A stretch of DNA of 64,000 nucleotides from Ignavibacteriales bacterium (GTDB lineage: Bacteria; Bacteroidota; Ignavibacteria; T3Sed10-11), in contig PWTU01000356.1 of the NCBI GenBank assembly GCA_003562775.1, positions 29,505 to 93,504 of the forward strand, read 5' to 3'. The notes under the pieces are model-generated. The model was given only the letters and a program-made list of their open reading frames with translations. It was not told the DNA's origin and did not search any database. Below are positions 10,899-19,312 of the stretch, piece by piece. The translations under genes were made by a program, and so were the position numbers. Each line of letters starts with the position of its first letter. The first letter of the stretch is position 1.

Positions 10899-11140
10899 GT
10901 TCCCTTAACTATTTTTCTGTGCATCTGCTTACGTTTGCTCCGATTCTCTACTGATATTTCTTCATCAGGGAGTGAAGAATTAATTTTATTCAATAATTCG
11001 GCGTTGTCTTTTTTTTCGATGAAATCTTCTAATGCAATAGAGACCACTCTGCTCCTCGGTACCTCCATTTCGCTTGCTATCTCATCAAGGACATCAAGTA
11101 AATTAGGTGAAATCGATATTGCTATTTTAACCTGTGCCAT
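10892..11140 (-). CDS. type II antitoxin, ribbon-helix-helix (CopG/MazE-like)
   Basis: 82 aa. The N-terminal RHH pattern is KIAISISPNLLDVLDEIASEMEVPRSRVVSIALEDFI. It is translationally coupled to mazF. Confidence 0.8.
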   Translation of the reverse strand: MAQVKIAISISPNLLDVLDEIASEMEVPRSRVVSIALEDFIEKKDNAELLNKINSSLPDEEISVENRSKRKQMHRKIVKGTW

Positions 11141-11142
11141 AT

Positions 11143-11173
11143 TTCATACCATATTCATACTAACGTTCATACC
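11143..11173. promoter_or_regulatory. Three direct TTCATAC(C) repeats, a candidate antitoxin operator
   Basis: TTCATACC at 11143, TTCATAC at 11154 and TTCATACC at 11166, spaced 11 and 12 bp apart. They start 3 nt upstream of the antitoxin start codon. Confidence 0.35.
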
Positions 11174-11216
11174 ACATTATACGAATTAAAGCACAATAAA
11201 TCAATAATTGCTTCAC

Positions 11217-12182
11217 TCAATATCGCTTTTCCTTATCTACTACATTTAACAATTCCTCTCCTTTTTCGAATCGGTGCAAATTTTCGATAAATAAATCAAC
11301 GACCGTACCCCAGTAATCAGGCATCAATCCGCCTATGTGAGGAGTGATGAGTATCCGCGGATGCAGCCAGAATGGATGGTCTTCCGGAAGGGGCTCGTCA
11401 CGAAAGACATCAAGTGCGGCATAACGGACTATGCCATCGTCAATCGCTTTTATCAGTGCATTGTCTACAACCGTGGCGCCTCTACCAAGATTAACAAACA
11501 TAACGCCGGGTTTCATTGCAGTAAACCGTCTCTCATCGAAAAATTTTTCAGTCGCAGGTGTGAGCGGAAGAAGATTCAAAACAATATCGCTTTTTGCAAG
11601 TGTATTCCCCACTTCCTCAACAGGTACAATTTCCTCTGTAAAGGGATCGCTTCTCCGGTTTTCTGCTTCAACAGACGAACGAATACCGATTACACGCATA
11701 TCGAATGTCTGAGCTATCATTGCGATTTTCTTCCCGATAGTACCGTAGCCCACAATTGCAAGTGTTTTCCCGCCGAGTAAAAATGTTTCTTTTACCGGTT
11801 GCTTATCCCATCTCTGTTGTAAATTTCGCTCGTTCCAGGCGGGCATATTCCTTCCGAAGTATAACACCATAGCAAAAAATAACTCACTCATCTGAGTATT
11901 GTGAATGCCTTTTGCCGAAGCGATCACTAAATCGTTTTTGCTGAATGCCTCATCCGGCAGAGCGTCGACTCCTGCATATCCGGCTTGAATGAAGACCAGA
12001 TTTGGAGTACTTTGTATCTCGGTTTTATCCGGAAATCCGAGATATACGGTACAAGTTTCGTGATGCATTGAAACCGAATGATCTGCCGGTGAGAAATAAA
12101 TAGCAGCGTCAGGAAAAGAATTTCGAATTTTATCGACGTGCCGATCTTTTAACGGAAGCGTGATCAATATGGTATGTTTCAT
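11217..12182 (-). CDS. D-isomer-specific 2-hydroxyacid dehydrogenase family protein
   Basis: NAD-binding motif VGYGTIGKKIA and catalytic-region pattern NLGRG...LDVFRDEPLP...TPHIGG. Confidence 0.85.
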   Translation of the reverse strand: MKHTILITLPLKDRHVDKIRNSFPDAAIYFSPADHSVSMHHETCTVYLGFPDKTEIQSTPNLVFIQAGYAGVDALPDEAFSKNDLVIASAKGIHNTQMSELFFAMVLYFGRNMPAWNERNLQQRWDKQPVKETFLLGGKTLAIVGYGTIGKKIAMIAQTFDMRVIGIRSSVEAENRRSDPFTEEIVPVEEVGNTLAKSDIVLNLLPLTPATEKFFDERRFTAMKPGVMFVNLGRGATVVDNALIKAIDDGIVRYAALDVFRDEPLPEDHPFWLHPRILITPHIGGLMPDYWGTVVDLFIENLHRFEKGEELLNVVDKEKRY

Positions 12183-12187
12183 AGAAT

Positions 12188-13213
12188 TTACTTTGAACCG
12201 GGAGGCGGTTCCATATCACTGCTATGTCCGGGGAAAGCTTTCGCCGAGGGGTCGATGTACGTTTTTGCGTTGTTAACCGCCGTCGCTGCTTCGCCGAATC
12301 CGGTTGCAATAAGTTTTAATTTACCGGGATAGGTAGCAATATCCCCCGCGGCATAAATACCGGGTATGTTTGTCTCCATTTTACTTGAGACTTCTATATC
12401 GTTTTTAACAATATCGAGTCCCCATTCTTTAATCTTGCCGATATTGGCAACAAATCCCAGATTGAGCAGGATATGATCTACCTCAAGTTTTTCTTCTTTT
12501 TTTGTTTTATTGTTAAAGATAGTTACCTCTTCGACTTTTGCATTACCGTAAATAGATTTTACTTCATACGGAATTTTTATCGTTACGGGGGATTCGAAGA
12601 GTTGTTTCACGCTGTCTTCATGTGCGCGAAACCGGTCGCGGCGATGTATCAATGTAATTGAATATGCAATTTCATGTAAATGAAGTCCCCAATCGACGGC
12701 ACTATCGCCTCCTCCGACGATCAACAAACGTTTGTTCTTAAATTTCGATTTATCCTTGACAAAATAATCCACCCCATTACCTTCGAACTTCAGGGCGTCT
12801 TCAAGGTTCAGCTTACGAGGGGCAAACGCTCCGATGCCGATAGTCAATACTATCGAGAAAGTCTCGTGAGTAGCACCGTCTTCGGTATCCAACTCAAAAT
12901 ATTTCTTCGGTCTCCCTTCCGGCGAATTTTCATCTTCCCGGATGCGCATATCGGTTATCTTTGCTCCGAGATGTACGGCCGGATTATACTGCAATGCCTG
13001 ATCGATAAGATTTTGTGCAAGAACTTTCGAAAGGATCTTCGGAAATCCCGCGACATCATAAATATATTTTTCGGGATATAATGCGGTTAACTGACCACCT
13101 AATTGCGGCAATGCATCGATAATGCTGGTTTTCATACCGCGCAATCCCGCATAGAATGCGGCGAACAAGCCGGTCGGACCGCCGCCGATTATTGTGACGT
13201 CGTATCGATCCAT
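12188..13213 (-). CDS. ferredoxin-NADP+ reductase, thioredoxin-reductase-like (YumC type)
   Basis: FAD motif IIGGGPTGLFAA, NADPH motif VGGGDSAVDW, and GDIATYPGKLKLI. The TrxR redox-active CxxC is absent. Confidence 0.8.
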   Translation of the reverse strand: MDRYDVTIIGGGPTGLFAAFYAGLRGMKTSIIDALPQLGGQLTALYPEKYIYDVAGFPKILSKVLAQNLIDQALQYNPAVHLGAKITDMRIREDENSPEGRPKKYFELDTEDGATHETFSIVLTIGIGAFAPRKLNLEDALKFEGNGVDYFVKDKSKFKNKRLLIVGGGDSAVDWGLHLHEIAYSITLIHRRDRFRAHEDSVKQLFESPVTIKIPYEVKSIYGNAKVEEVTIFNNKTKKEEKLEVDHILLNLGFVANIGKIKEWGLDIVKNDIEVSSKMETNIPGIYAAGDIATYPGKLKLIATGFGEAATAVNNAKTYIDPSAKAFPGHSSDMEPPPGSK

Positions 13214-13231
13214 CGTAATTAACTCTTCATT

Positions 13232-13939
13232 TTATTTTGGGTTGGTCGGACGCAAATCTATCTCACTCATAAGCGCGTTCCGAGGCAAACGCAAGACTGC
13301 CAGAACAGCATCGGCAACATCCTGCGATTGCAAAATTTTAGCAGGATCTTTTCCGCTATGTGGGGAGAATTCAGTTGCGACTGATCCCGGCCCGACGATT
13401 GAAACACGTATATCGTACTCGCGTGCTTCAAGCATTAAGCATTTGGTAAACCCGTTCAGCGCCCATTTAGTAGCAGCATAACCGGCTCCTCCCTTAAAAA
13501 AGTTCTTTCCTGCGAGCGATGATATATTAATAATAGCACCCGATTTTTGTTTTTTCATATACGGCAGCACGGCACGAGTACATAAGAACACACCGCGCAT
13601 ATTTACAGCAAACATACGGTCAAAATCTTCCACCGGGAGTTCATCAACCGGCGCAAACATCCCCAATCCAGCATTATTGATAAGTACGTCAATTCTCCCG
13701 AACGTTTCAACTGTCTTTGAAACCAATTGTGCAACATCCTCATCTTTCGAAATATCCATAGCTACAGGCAGTGCATTTCCACCAAGCTTATTCACCTCTG
13801 CCGATGCTTTTTCCAATTCCGATTTCGTCCGTGCTGCAAGCACGACCTTCATTTTCTCTCGTGCAAACGATAATGCGATTGCTTTTCCGATTCCTTTACT
13901 TGCTCCCGTTACGATTGCTACCTGACCATCTAACGACAT
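13232..13939 (-). CDS. SDR-family oxidoreductase
   Basis: TGASKGIGKAIA cofactor motif, NNAG, and catalytic YAATKWAL. Confidence 0.85.
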   Translation of the reverse strand: MSLDGQVAIVTGASKGIGKAIALSFAREKMKVVLAARTKSELEKASAEVNKLGGNALPVAMDISKDEDVAQLVSKTVETFGRIDVLINNAGLGMFAPVDELPVEDFDRMFAVNMRGVFLCTRAVLPYMKKQKSGAIINISSLAGKNFFKGGAGYAATKWALNGFTKCLMLEAREYDIRVSIVGPGSVATEFSPHSGKDPAKILQSQDVADAVLAVLRLPRNALMSEIDLRPTNPK

Positions 13940-13966
13940 AAACTTCCTTTCTAACGTTTACCTTAG

Positions 13967-14665
13967 TTATAAATCACCGAGTTGCGGCCTGATTGTGATC
14001 TCCTCGACCATAACATTCTCAGATGTACGTAGCATCGTTGCCACTACGTCTGCTACATTTTCAGCGCGCATCATTCGTTCGCCGTATTTTTCTCGGACAC
14101 CATCCGGCCACATGTCGGTTTCCGTTGCTCCCGGAACAATTGCCGTGACTTTTATCCCCTTATCTCTTACTTCTTCGCGCAATACATTTGTCAACGCCAG
14201 CACGCCTGCTTTGGATGCCGCGTACGCGCCCGAGTTCGTAAACACTTTATTCACCGTTACCGATATGGTGTTGATAATCCACCCCTTCCTGTTCTCTATC
14301 ATATACGGCAGCACCGCTTTAACACCGTGCACCACTCCTTTTAAGTTTACATCGATTATCTCATTAAATTCATCGATTGAAGTTTCAATAATCGGCTTAA
14401 ACCTTGTAACACCGGCATTGTTAATGAGTACATCAATCGAACCAAACTTTTCAGCAATCAATTTTGCCGCTTCGTTAGTCCTATCAAAGGAAGCCACGTC
14501 CAGCGGTACTCTATACAGTGAATCAATATGTGCAGTATCGACAGCTATAACATCGAGCAACTCCCGGTTTCGTGCGCTCACCGCGACCTTATGTTCCTCA
14601 CGCAACAATTCTTCGGCAATGGCTTTACCGATACCTCTGCTTGCGCCGGTTATCCAAATATTCAT
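13967..14665 (-). CDS. SDR-family oxidoreductase. Sepiapterin-reductase-like role suggested by context only.
   Basis: TGASRGIGKAIA, NNAG and YAASKAGV motifs. It lies 18 nt downstream of folE. Confidence 0.85.
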   Translation of the reverse strand: MNIWITGASRGIGKAIAEELLREEHKVAVSARNRELLDVIAVDTAHIDSLYRVPLDVASFDRTNEAAKLIAEKFGSIDVLINNAGVTRFKPIIETSIDEFNEIIDVNLKGVVHGVKAVLPYMIENRKGWIINTISVTVNKVFTNSGAYAASKAGVLALTNVLREEVRDKGIKVTAIVPGATETDMWPDGVREKYGERMMRAENVADVVATMLRTSENVMVEEITIRPQLGDL

Positions 14666-14683
14666 TGTTCTTCTCCTGTTAAA

Positions 14684-15268
14684 TTACAGCGATATACGAC
14701 GATCGATCAGATCAAGGAATTCCGCACGTGTTTTTTGTTCTTTTTCAAAGACACCAAGCATCGCGCTTGTCGTCGCGAGAGAATTTTGTTTTTCGACACC
14801 TCGCATCATCATGCACATATGGCGTGCTTCGATAACAACCGCAACGCCATCGGGCTGCAATACGTCGTATAATGTTTGTGCCACCTGCTGGGTCAATCGT
14901 TCCTGAACCTGTAAACGTTTCGCATATATATCAACAACACGCGGCAGTTTGCTCAACCCGACTATCTTTCCGTTCGGAATGTATGCAACATGTGCGCGCC
15001 CGTAGAAAGGAAGCAAATGATGTTCACATAGACTGAACACGTCGATATCTCTCACAATTACCATTTCGTTATATTTTTCTTCGAAAATGGCGCCGTTGAG
15101 AACCTGATGAACATCCTGATGATATCCCGATGTCAGGAACTTCATTGCTTCCGCAACACGATGCGGTGTTTTTAAAAGCCCCTCTCTTGCGGGATCCTCG
15201 CCAATCTCCTGAAGAATAGTTTCTACTGCCTGCTCAAGTGCATTATTGACAACAACCGTTTCTTCCAT
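14684..15268 (-). CDS. folE: GTP cyclohydrolase I
   Basis: GCH-I signatures are present, including [18 protein letters not shown] and QVQERLT. Confidence 0.95.
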   Translation of the reverse strand: MEETVVVNNALEQAVETILQEIGEDPAREGLLKTPHRVAEAMKFLTSGYHQDVHQVLNGAIFEEKYNEMVIVRDIDVFSLCEHHLLPFYGRAHVAYIPNGKIVGLSKLPRVVDIYAKRLQVQERLTQQVAQTLYDVLQPDGVAVVIEARHMCMMMRGVEKQNSLATTSAMLGVFEKEQKTRAEFLDLIDRRISL

Positions 15269-15273
15269 GATTA

Positions 15274-15681
15274 TTATTGTCCTCGATAATCTACAAAATT
15301 ATTTTGTGACTCATATAATTTTACCGAATATAGTTTCCCGTTCTCTATATGGGGTTCGATTTGTTCCCATATTTTTATCGCAATGTTCTCCGCCGTCGGT
15401 ACGACTCCTTGCATAAACTCAACGTCATAATTTAAATGCTTATGATCCAGCTTATCAATGACGTGCTCCTGTAGCAATCGCTTCAATATTTTCAAGTCGA
15501 TTACCATTCCCGTTTCCGGATCCGGCTCGCCCGCAACGGTAACTTCAACATCATAATTGTGACCGTGTCCGCTCGGATTGTTACATTTATCATATATCCG
15601 CCTGTTCTCTTCTTCACTCAATTTCGGGTTGTGAAGCCGATGGGCTGCGCTAAACTGCGCACGTCGTGTAACATACACCAT
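15274..15681 (-). CDS. 6-pyruvoyl-tetrahydropterin synthase family protein (PTPS-I / QueD)
   Basis: [17 protein letters not shown] active-site motif, DHKHLN, and [12 protein letters not shown]. It is very close to animal PTPS as I recall that sequence. Confidence 0.92.
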   Translation of the reverse strand: MVYVTRRAQFSAAHRLHNPKLSEEENRRIYDKCNNPSGHGHNYDVEVTVAGEPDPETGMVIDLKILKRLLQEHVIDKLDHKHLNYDVEFMQGVVPTAENIAIKIWEQIEPHIENGKLYSVKLYESQNNFVDYRGQ

Positions 15682-15706
15682 ATTATCTATCGCCCTGATC
15701 GTTATG

Positions 15707-16177
15707 TTATTTTAATTCTTCCAAAACGTTTGAAACTTCTTCAACATGACCGTTTACCTTAACTTTCGGAAATATATGAGCTATTTTTCCTTTTTCGTCT
15801 ATAATATGGGTAGTTCGTTCAATTCCCATATATTCTTTTCCATACATTCTCTTCTTTTTCCAAGCATTGTACGCCTTTATCATGCTCTTCTTTTCATCAC
15901 TCAGCAACGGGAATTGTAAATTATATTTATTCGCAAATTTCTCGTGCGAGGTTACGCTATCGGCACTTACCCCTATTACTTCCACACCCTTTTTCTTTAA
16001 CACGCCTAAATTTTCCTGGAATGCACACGCTTCCTTGGTACAACCGGATGTGTTATCTTTCGGGTAAAAATATAATATGAGCTTTTTGCCTTTAAAATCT
16101 TTTAACGACCGCACCGCACCGGTTTGATCCGGCAGGGAAAAATCAGGTGCTTTCTCGCCTACTTTTAATGCCGGCAT
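15707..16177 (-). CDS. bcp: thioredoxin-dependent thiol peroxidase (Bcp-type peroxiredoxin)
   Basis: The FYPKDNTSGCTKEAC peroxidatic-Cys motif. The 156 aa length fits Bcp. Confidence 0.9.
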   Translation of the reverse strand: MPALKVGEKAPDFSLPDQTGAVRSLKDFKGKKLILYFYPKDNTSGCTKEACAFQENLGVLKKKGVEVIGVSADSVTSHEKFANKYNLQFPLLSDEKKSMIKAYNAWKKKRMYGKEYMGIERTTHIIDEKGKIAHIFPKVKVNGHVEEVSNVLEELK

Positions 16178-16246
16178 ATTCTATTTCTCCATTCTTGTAA
16201 TATCGTTATTAAAATTTTTGAAACGGGAATTCATAATGAGGTACCG

Positions 16247-16711
16247 TTATTTCAGCACATCCCGGATTTCATCGAAAGGCGGCTGATCGCCGGGATTGTC
16301 GGTAATCCAGGAATAAATAATCTTTCCGTTTTCATCAATCACAAACACGGAACGTTTCGCAACATCATATCCTTTGACGTCCCAAAAATTTTCATGCACT
16401 CCTCCGTACTTTTTGGACGCTTCTCTTGTGAAATCACTGAGTACGGAAAAATTCAGTTTATTATGTTCCATAAATGCTTTATTTGCTGCAGGTCCGTCGA
16501 CACAAATCCCAAACACCTGTGCATCGAGCTTATTAAATAGATCGAGCTGATCCCGAAACGTACACATTTCTTTGGTACATCCACTTGTAAAAGCTCCCGG
16601 GAAAAAGGCAAGCACTGCTTTTTTCCCGAGAATATCCTTTAGCGTTACGGGGTTTTTATCCGTATCGTACAATAAAAAATCCGGCGCATTTTGCCCAATA
16701 TCTAACGGCAT
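16247..16711 (-). CDS. peroxiredoxin (AhpC/TSA, Bcp-like)
   Basis: The FFPGAFTSGCTKEMC motif. 154 aa. Adjacent to bcp. Confidence 0.85.
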   Translation of the reverse strand: MPLDIGQNAPDFLLYDTDKNPVTLKDILGKKAVLAFFPGAFTSGCTKEMCTFRDQLDLFNKLDAQVFGICVDGPAANKAFMEHNKLNFSVLSDFTREASKKYGGVHENFWDVKGYDVAKRSVFVIDENGKIIYSWITDNPGDQPPFDEIRDVLK

Positions 16712-16731
16712 ATATAGTTTCCCCGTTTTAT

Positions 16732-16938
16732 TTACCCTATTTTCTTGGCTGCGATTTTTAATACAACCTGATATTGAATGTCTCCATTGTCATTAATTCC
16801 GCCCCGGAATTCAACCACCTCAAACCATCTGAGTTCACTGAATCTGTTTTTTGCTTCATTAACTGCATTTTGTATTGCATCTTCGTAAGATTTATCAGAT
16901 AAGCCGACAATTTCGATTTTTTCGTAATATGTACTCAC
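16732..16938 (-). CDS. dodecin-family flavin-binding protein
   Basis: 68 aa. YEKIEIVGLSDKSYEDAIQNAV...WFEV...Y.V.LKI matches the dodecin pattern. Confidence 0.8.
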   Translation of the reverse strand: MSTYYEKIEIVGLSDKSYEDAIQNAVNEAKNRFSELRWFEVVEFRGGINDNGDIQYQVVLKIAAKKIG

Positions 16939-16975
16939 GTCATTAACCTTTCAACTATATTGATGAATGTAGATT

Positions 16976-17707
16976 TTATTTTGTAGCTTCTTCATAACGT
17001 TTCTGTACAACACTCCAATCGATGTTTTTTAGAAACGCATCGATGTATGCACCTCTGTTAACTGCGTAGTCGATAAAATAAGCGTGTTCATACGTATCGA
17101 GTGCAAGAATAGGTGTTGCATTCCAGATTGGAAATGTATTCTGTGCATCACCGAGATAATTGAACAACGTTCCTGTATCGTGATCATGTGCCAACCAGAC
17201 CCAGCCGCGCGCAGCCATTCCGGTTCCTTTTAGATCGGCAGCCCATGCATCAAAGCTTCCGAAGTTCGACTCAATATCGGCAAGGAGACGACCTTCGGGA
17301 CGTCCGCCTCTTCCGCCAAGGTGATCAAAATATATTTCGTGATTTTTGACGCCGCCAACAGCAAATGTCAGTTCATGCTTTAAGACGCGTATCTCACTAT
17401 ATGTTTGATTTCCTTTTGCAGGATCTGCATTTTTAAGTAGCCCGAGTATCTCATTTGATTTATTTACGTATCCCTGATAAAGTTTGTAATGCTCTTCCAT
17501 CGTTTTGCGCGAAATACCATCCATGGTAAGCGTCGTTTCTTTTAGCGGCTTTGCCTCAAACCGGTATTCAAGATTTGAGCCGGTGGTAATTGTTGATGCT
17601 CCTGCAACTGCGGAATTACCCACAATACCGCTGCCGGCAATGCCCAGCGAGGCGGCGCCAAGCGCCGAAGTTTTAATAAAATCTCTTCGCCCGGTATAAT
17701 CTGACAT
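16976..17707 (-). CDS. Fe/Mn superoxide dismutase with an N-terminal twin-arginine (Tat) signal
   Basis: N-terminal RRDFIKTSALGAASLG, then SOD motifs (HHxKH-like region, and DTYEHAYFIDY resembling the D.WEHAYY signature). Confidence 0.92.
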   Translation of the reverse strand: MSDYTGRRDFIKTSALGAASLGIAGSGIVGNSAVAGASTITTGSNLEYRFEAKPLKETTLTMDGISRKTMEEHYKLYQGYVNKSNEILGLLKNADPAKGNQTYSEIRVLKHELTFAVGGVKNHEIYFDHLGGRGGRPEGRLLADIESNFGSFDAWAADLKGTGMAARGWVWLAHDHDTGTLFNYLGDAQNTFPIWNATPILALDTYEHAYFIDYAVNRGAYIDAFLKNIDWSVVQKRYEEATK

Positions 17708-17980
17708 AGCAAATCCTCCTTAGTTAATCTATAGCATTAATAAATAAAATTAACGAATGTTGTATAACGATCAGATAAGATATAAAATTCCATTAAACAA
17801 TCGGGAATGTGATATTCGGTATTAAATTATAGTTAAAATATATTGTATAGGTCGAAAAAAGTCAACCAAGTTAACGAATATTGGAAGTTACCGGACAGGG
17901 AGAATCAGGAACAACTTGACGGTTTGATGGGTGTTTTTGAATATTATAGGTATTTTTATTATATTAAAAATCCTATATCC

Positions 17981-18068
17981 GGAGAGGTGGCAGAGCCTGG
18001 TTGAACGCGCCGCACTCGAAATGCGGTATACCCTTGTGGTATCGGGGGTTCGAATCCCTCCCTCTCCG
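17981..18068 (+). tRNA. tRNA-Ser (anticodon CGA)
   Basis: Acceptor stem GGAGAGG/CCTCTCC, anticodon stem CCGCA/TGCGG with loop CTCGAAA, a long variable arm, T-arm GGGGG-TTCGAAT-CCCTC, and discriminator G. No encoded CCA. Confidence 0.9.
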
Positions 18069-18109
18069 CTCTACTACGCTCCGCCATACAGCGGCGGAGC
18101 TTCGTAGAG
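18069..18109. terminator. Compound hairpin between convergent tRNA-Ser and the LOG gene
   Basis: CTCTAC-TAC-GCTCCGCC-atacagc-GGCGGAGC-TTC-GTAGAG. No clear U-tract on either strand, so its function as a terminator is uncertain. Confidence 0.4.
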
Positions 18110-18120
18110 CAAGCTCTTCT

Positions 18121-18702
18121 CTACTTCACCACCGCATACTCGATCGCTTTACTGTCCCATAACGGTGCGTTTTCTATTGCTTCAATGACGTTCTTTGGAT
18201 CGTCTACAAATTCCCACATTTCCCTGTGTTTCTCATTCATAAAATTTTCACTGATACATCGCTCGAGCATTTCCTTAAGCGGATCATAATAGTTATTGGA
18301 GTTTAAAATTACGATCGGTTTGGTGTACAAACCGAGCCGTTTCCACGTGATTGCTTCCAGCAGTTCTTCAAGCGTACCTGTGCCGCCGGGAAGTGCAATC
18401 AGGCCGTCGGTTTTCTCAAGCATTTTGTGCTTGCGTTCATGCATCGTTTCAACAAATACGATATCGGTCAGGCCGGGATGTGCCCATTCGAGGTCTTTCA
18501 TGAAATGCGGCATCACGCCGGTTATTTTTCCGCCTCGCCTGATGACGGTATCCGCAAGTTTCCCCATCAGTCCGACAGCGCCGCCGCCGTATACTACCTC
18601 CGCACCGAATTCGACAAGCGAGTTTGCCAATCGGCCGGCGTCGGAAAAATAGCGTGTATCAATTTTCGAACTTGACGCACAGTACACTGCAATCCGTTTC
18701 AT
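18121..18702 (-). CDS. LOG-family protein (TIGR00730-type Rossmann fold nucleotide hydrolase)
   Basis: VYGGGAVGLMG and PGGTGTLEEL motifs. 193 aa. Confidence 0.88.
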   Translation of the reverse strand: MKRIAVYCASSSKIDTRYFSDAGRLANSLVEFGAEVVYGGGAVGLMGKLADTVIRRGGKITGVMPHFMKDLEWAHPGLTDIVFVETMHERKHKMLEKTDGLIALPGGTGTLEELLEAITWKRLGLYTKPIVILNSNNYYDPLKEMLERCISENFMNEKHREMWEFVDDPKNVIEAIENAPLWDSKAIEYAVVK

Positions 18703-19127
18703 TTGATCACCCCTTCCTTTCCGAGTAATCGTCGTAATAATGCAGTTTGTCCAACGTGATACGCTTCATGAAATGAATAACCGGCCAGACTTTTTTCCTG
18801 TTCCTCACTTAACTTCGAGGATTCGTACTCGATAGTATCAAGCATTTTCCATAGATACTTGTTGGAATTTTGTAATCTCTCCCGTAATATTGTTAATGAA
18901 CGAATATTCTCATCTTCTTGAACAATTGCATCGCTTCCGCGTTGATATTTTTTCCGTTCGGCATCGCTCATTATCACCGGACCGGAAAATTCCTCAAACA
19001 TAAAATCACGGGTCGCGATAACGTGCCCGACAACCCAATTAACACAATTGCCGCCCGGTTCGGGTCGAAAGAGAGACTCCTCGTCGGTGATACCTTCAAT
19101 TAGGGTATCGTTATCAATGCATCCCAT
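18699..19127 (-). CDS. DinB-family (DinB_2) metal-dependent protein
   Basis: First-helix His (NWVVGHVIATRD) and C-terminal HEAYHVGQ. I place the start at ATG 19127 (MGCIDNDTLIEGITDEE...). The longer ORF to 19211 overlaps the ada/ogt remnant in another frame. Confidence 0.75.
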   Translation of the reverse strand: MGCIDNDTLIEGITDEESLFRPEPGGNCVNWVVGHVIATRDFMFEEFSGPVIMSDAERKKYQRGSDAIVQEDENIRSLTILRERLQNSNKYLWKMLDTIEYESSKLSEEQEKSLAGYSFHEAYHVGQTALLRRLLGKEGVIK

Positions 19128-19312
19128 ACCGATCGCTGGAACGGTGTACCCGGTGTATAAAATTCGACGTTTTCCCGTTTCGGCTTTCTTGCTCTGCACG
19201 AGGGACGGCAAAATATTCCGGTTGTCTTGATCGCCGAGTAAAAGATACCTTCGTATGAGGTATCCTTCCTCACTAACGCGCGGTACATTTCGGCAAATTT
19301 TAGATGAGTCAT
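19100..19312 (-). pseudogene. Truncated remnant of an Ada Zn-binding domain joined to the first residues of an O6-alkylguanine methyltransferase domain
   Basis: The 70-aa ORF has IKTTGIFCRPSCRARKPKRENVEFY, resembling Ada_Zn_binding but lacking the last Cys pair. This is followed by TPFQRSVWDALITIP, resembling the MGMT entry motif, and then a stop. No PCHRV active site follows. Confidence 0.6.

Noticed and set aside
13995-14906. 303-aa + strand ORF spanning the SDR and folE region
   Set aside because: It is antisense to two well-supported genes. Its translation is S/T/I-rich low complexity with no recognisable motif, which is a typical shadow ORF.
17900-17950. Sigma-70 promoter for tRNA-Ser (TTGACG-N17-GAATAT)
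   Set aside because: The spacing is plausible, but the -10 hexamer is weak and the region is AT-rich enough to give such matches by chance. I did not list it as a feature.
17981-18068. tRNA as a possible ochre suppressor
   Set aside because: The anticodon loop reads CTCGAAA, giving anticodon CGA. The long variable arm and G discriminator are standard for tRNA-Ser. It does not have a UUA anticodon.
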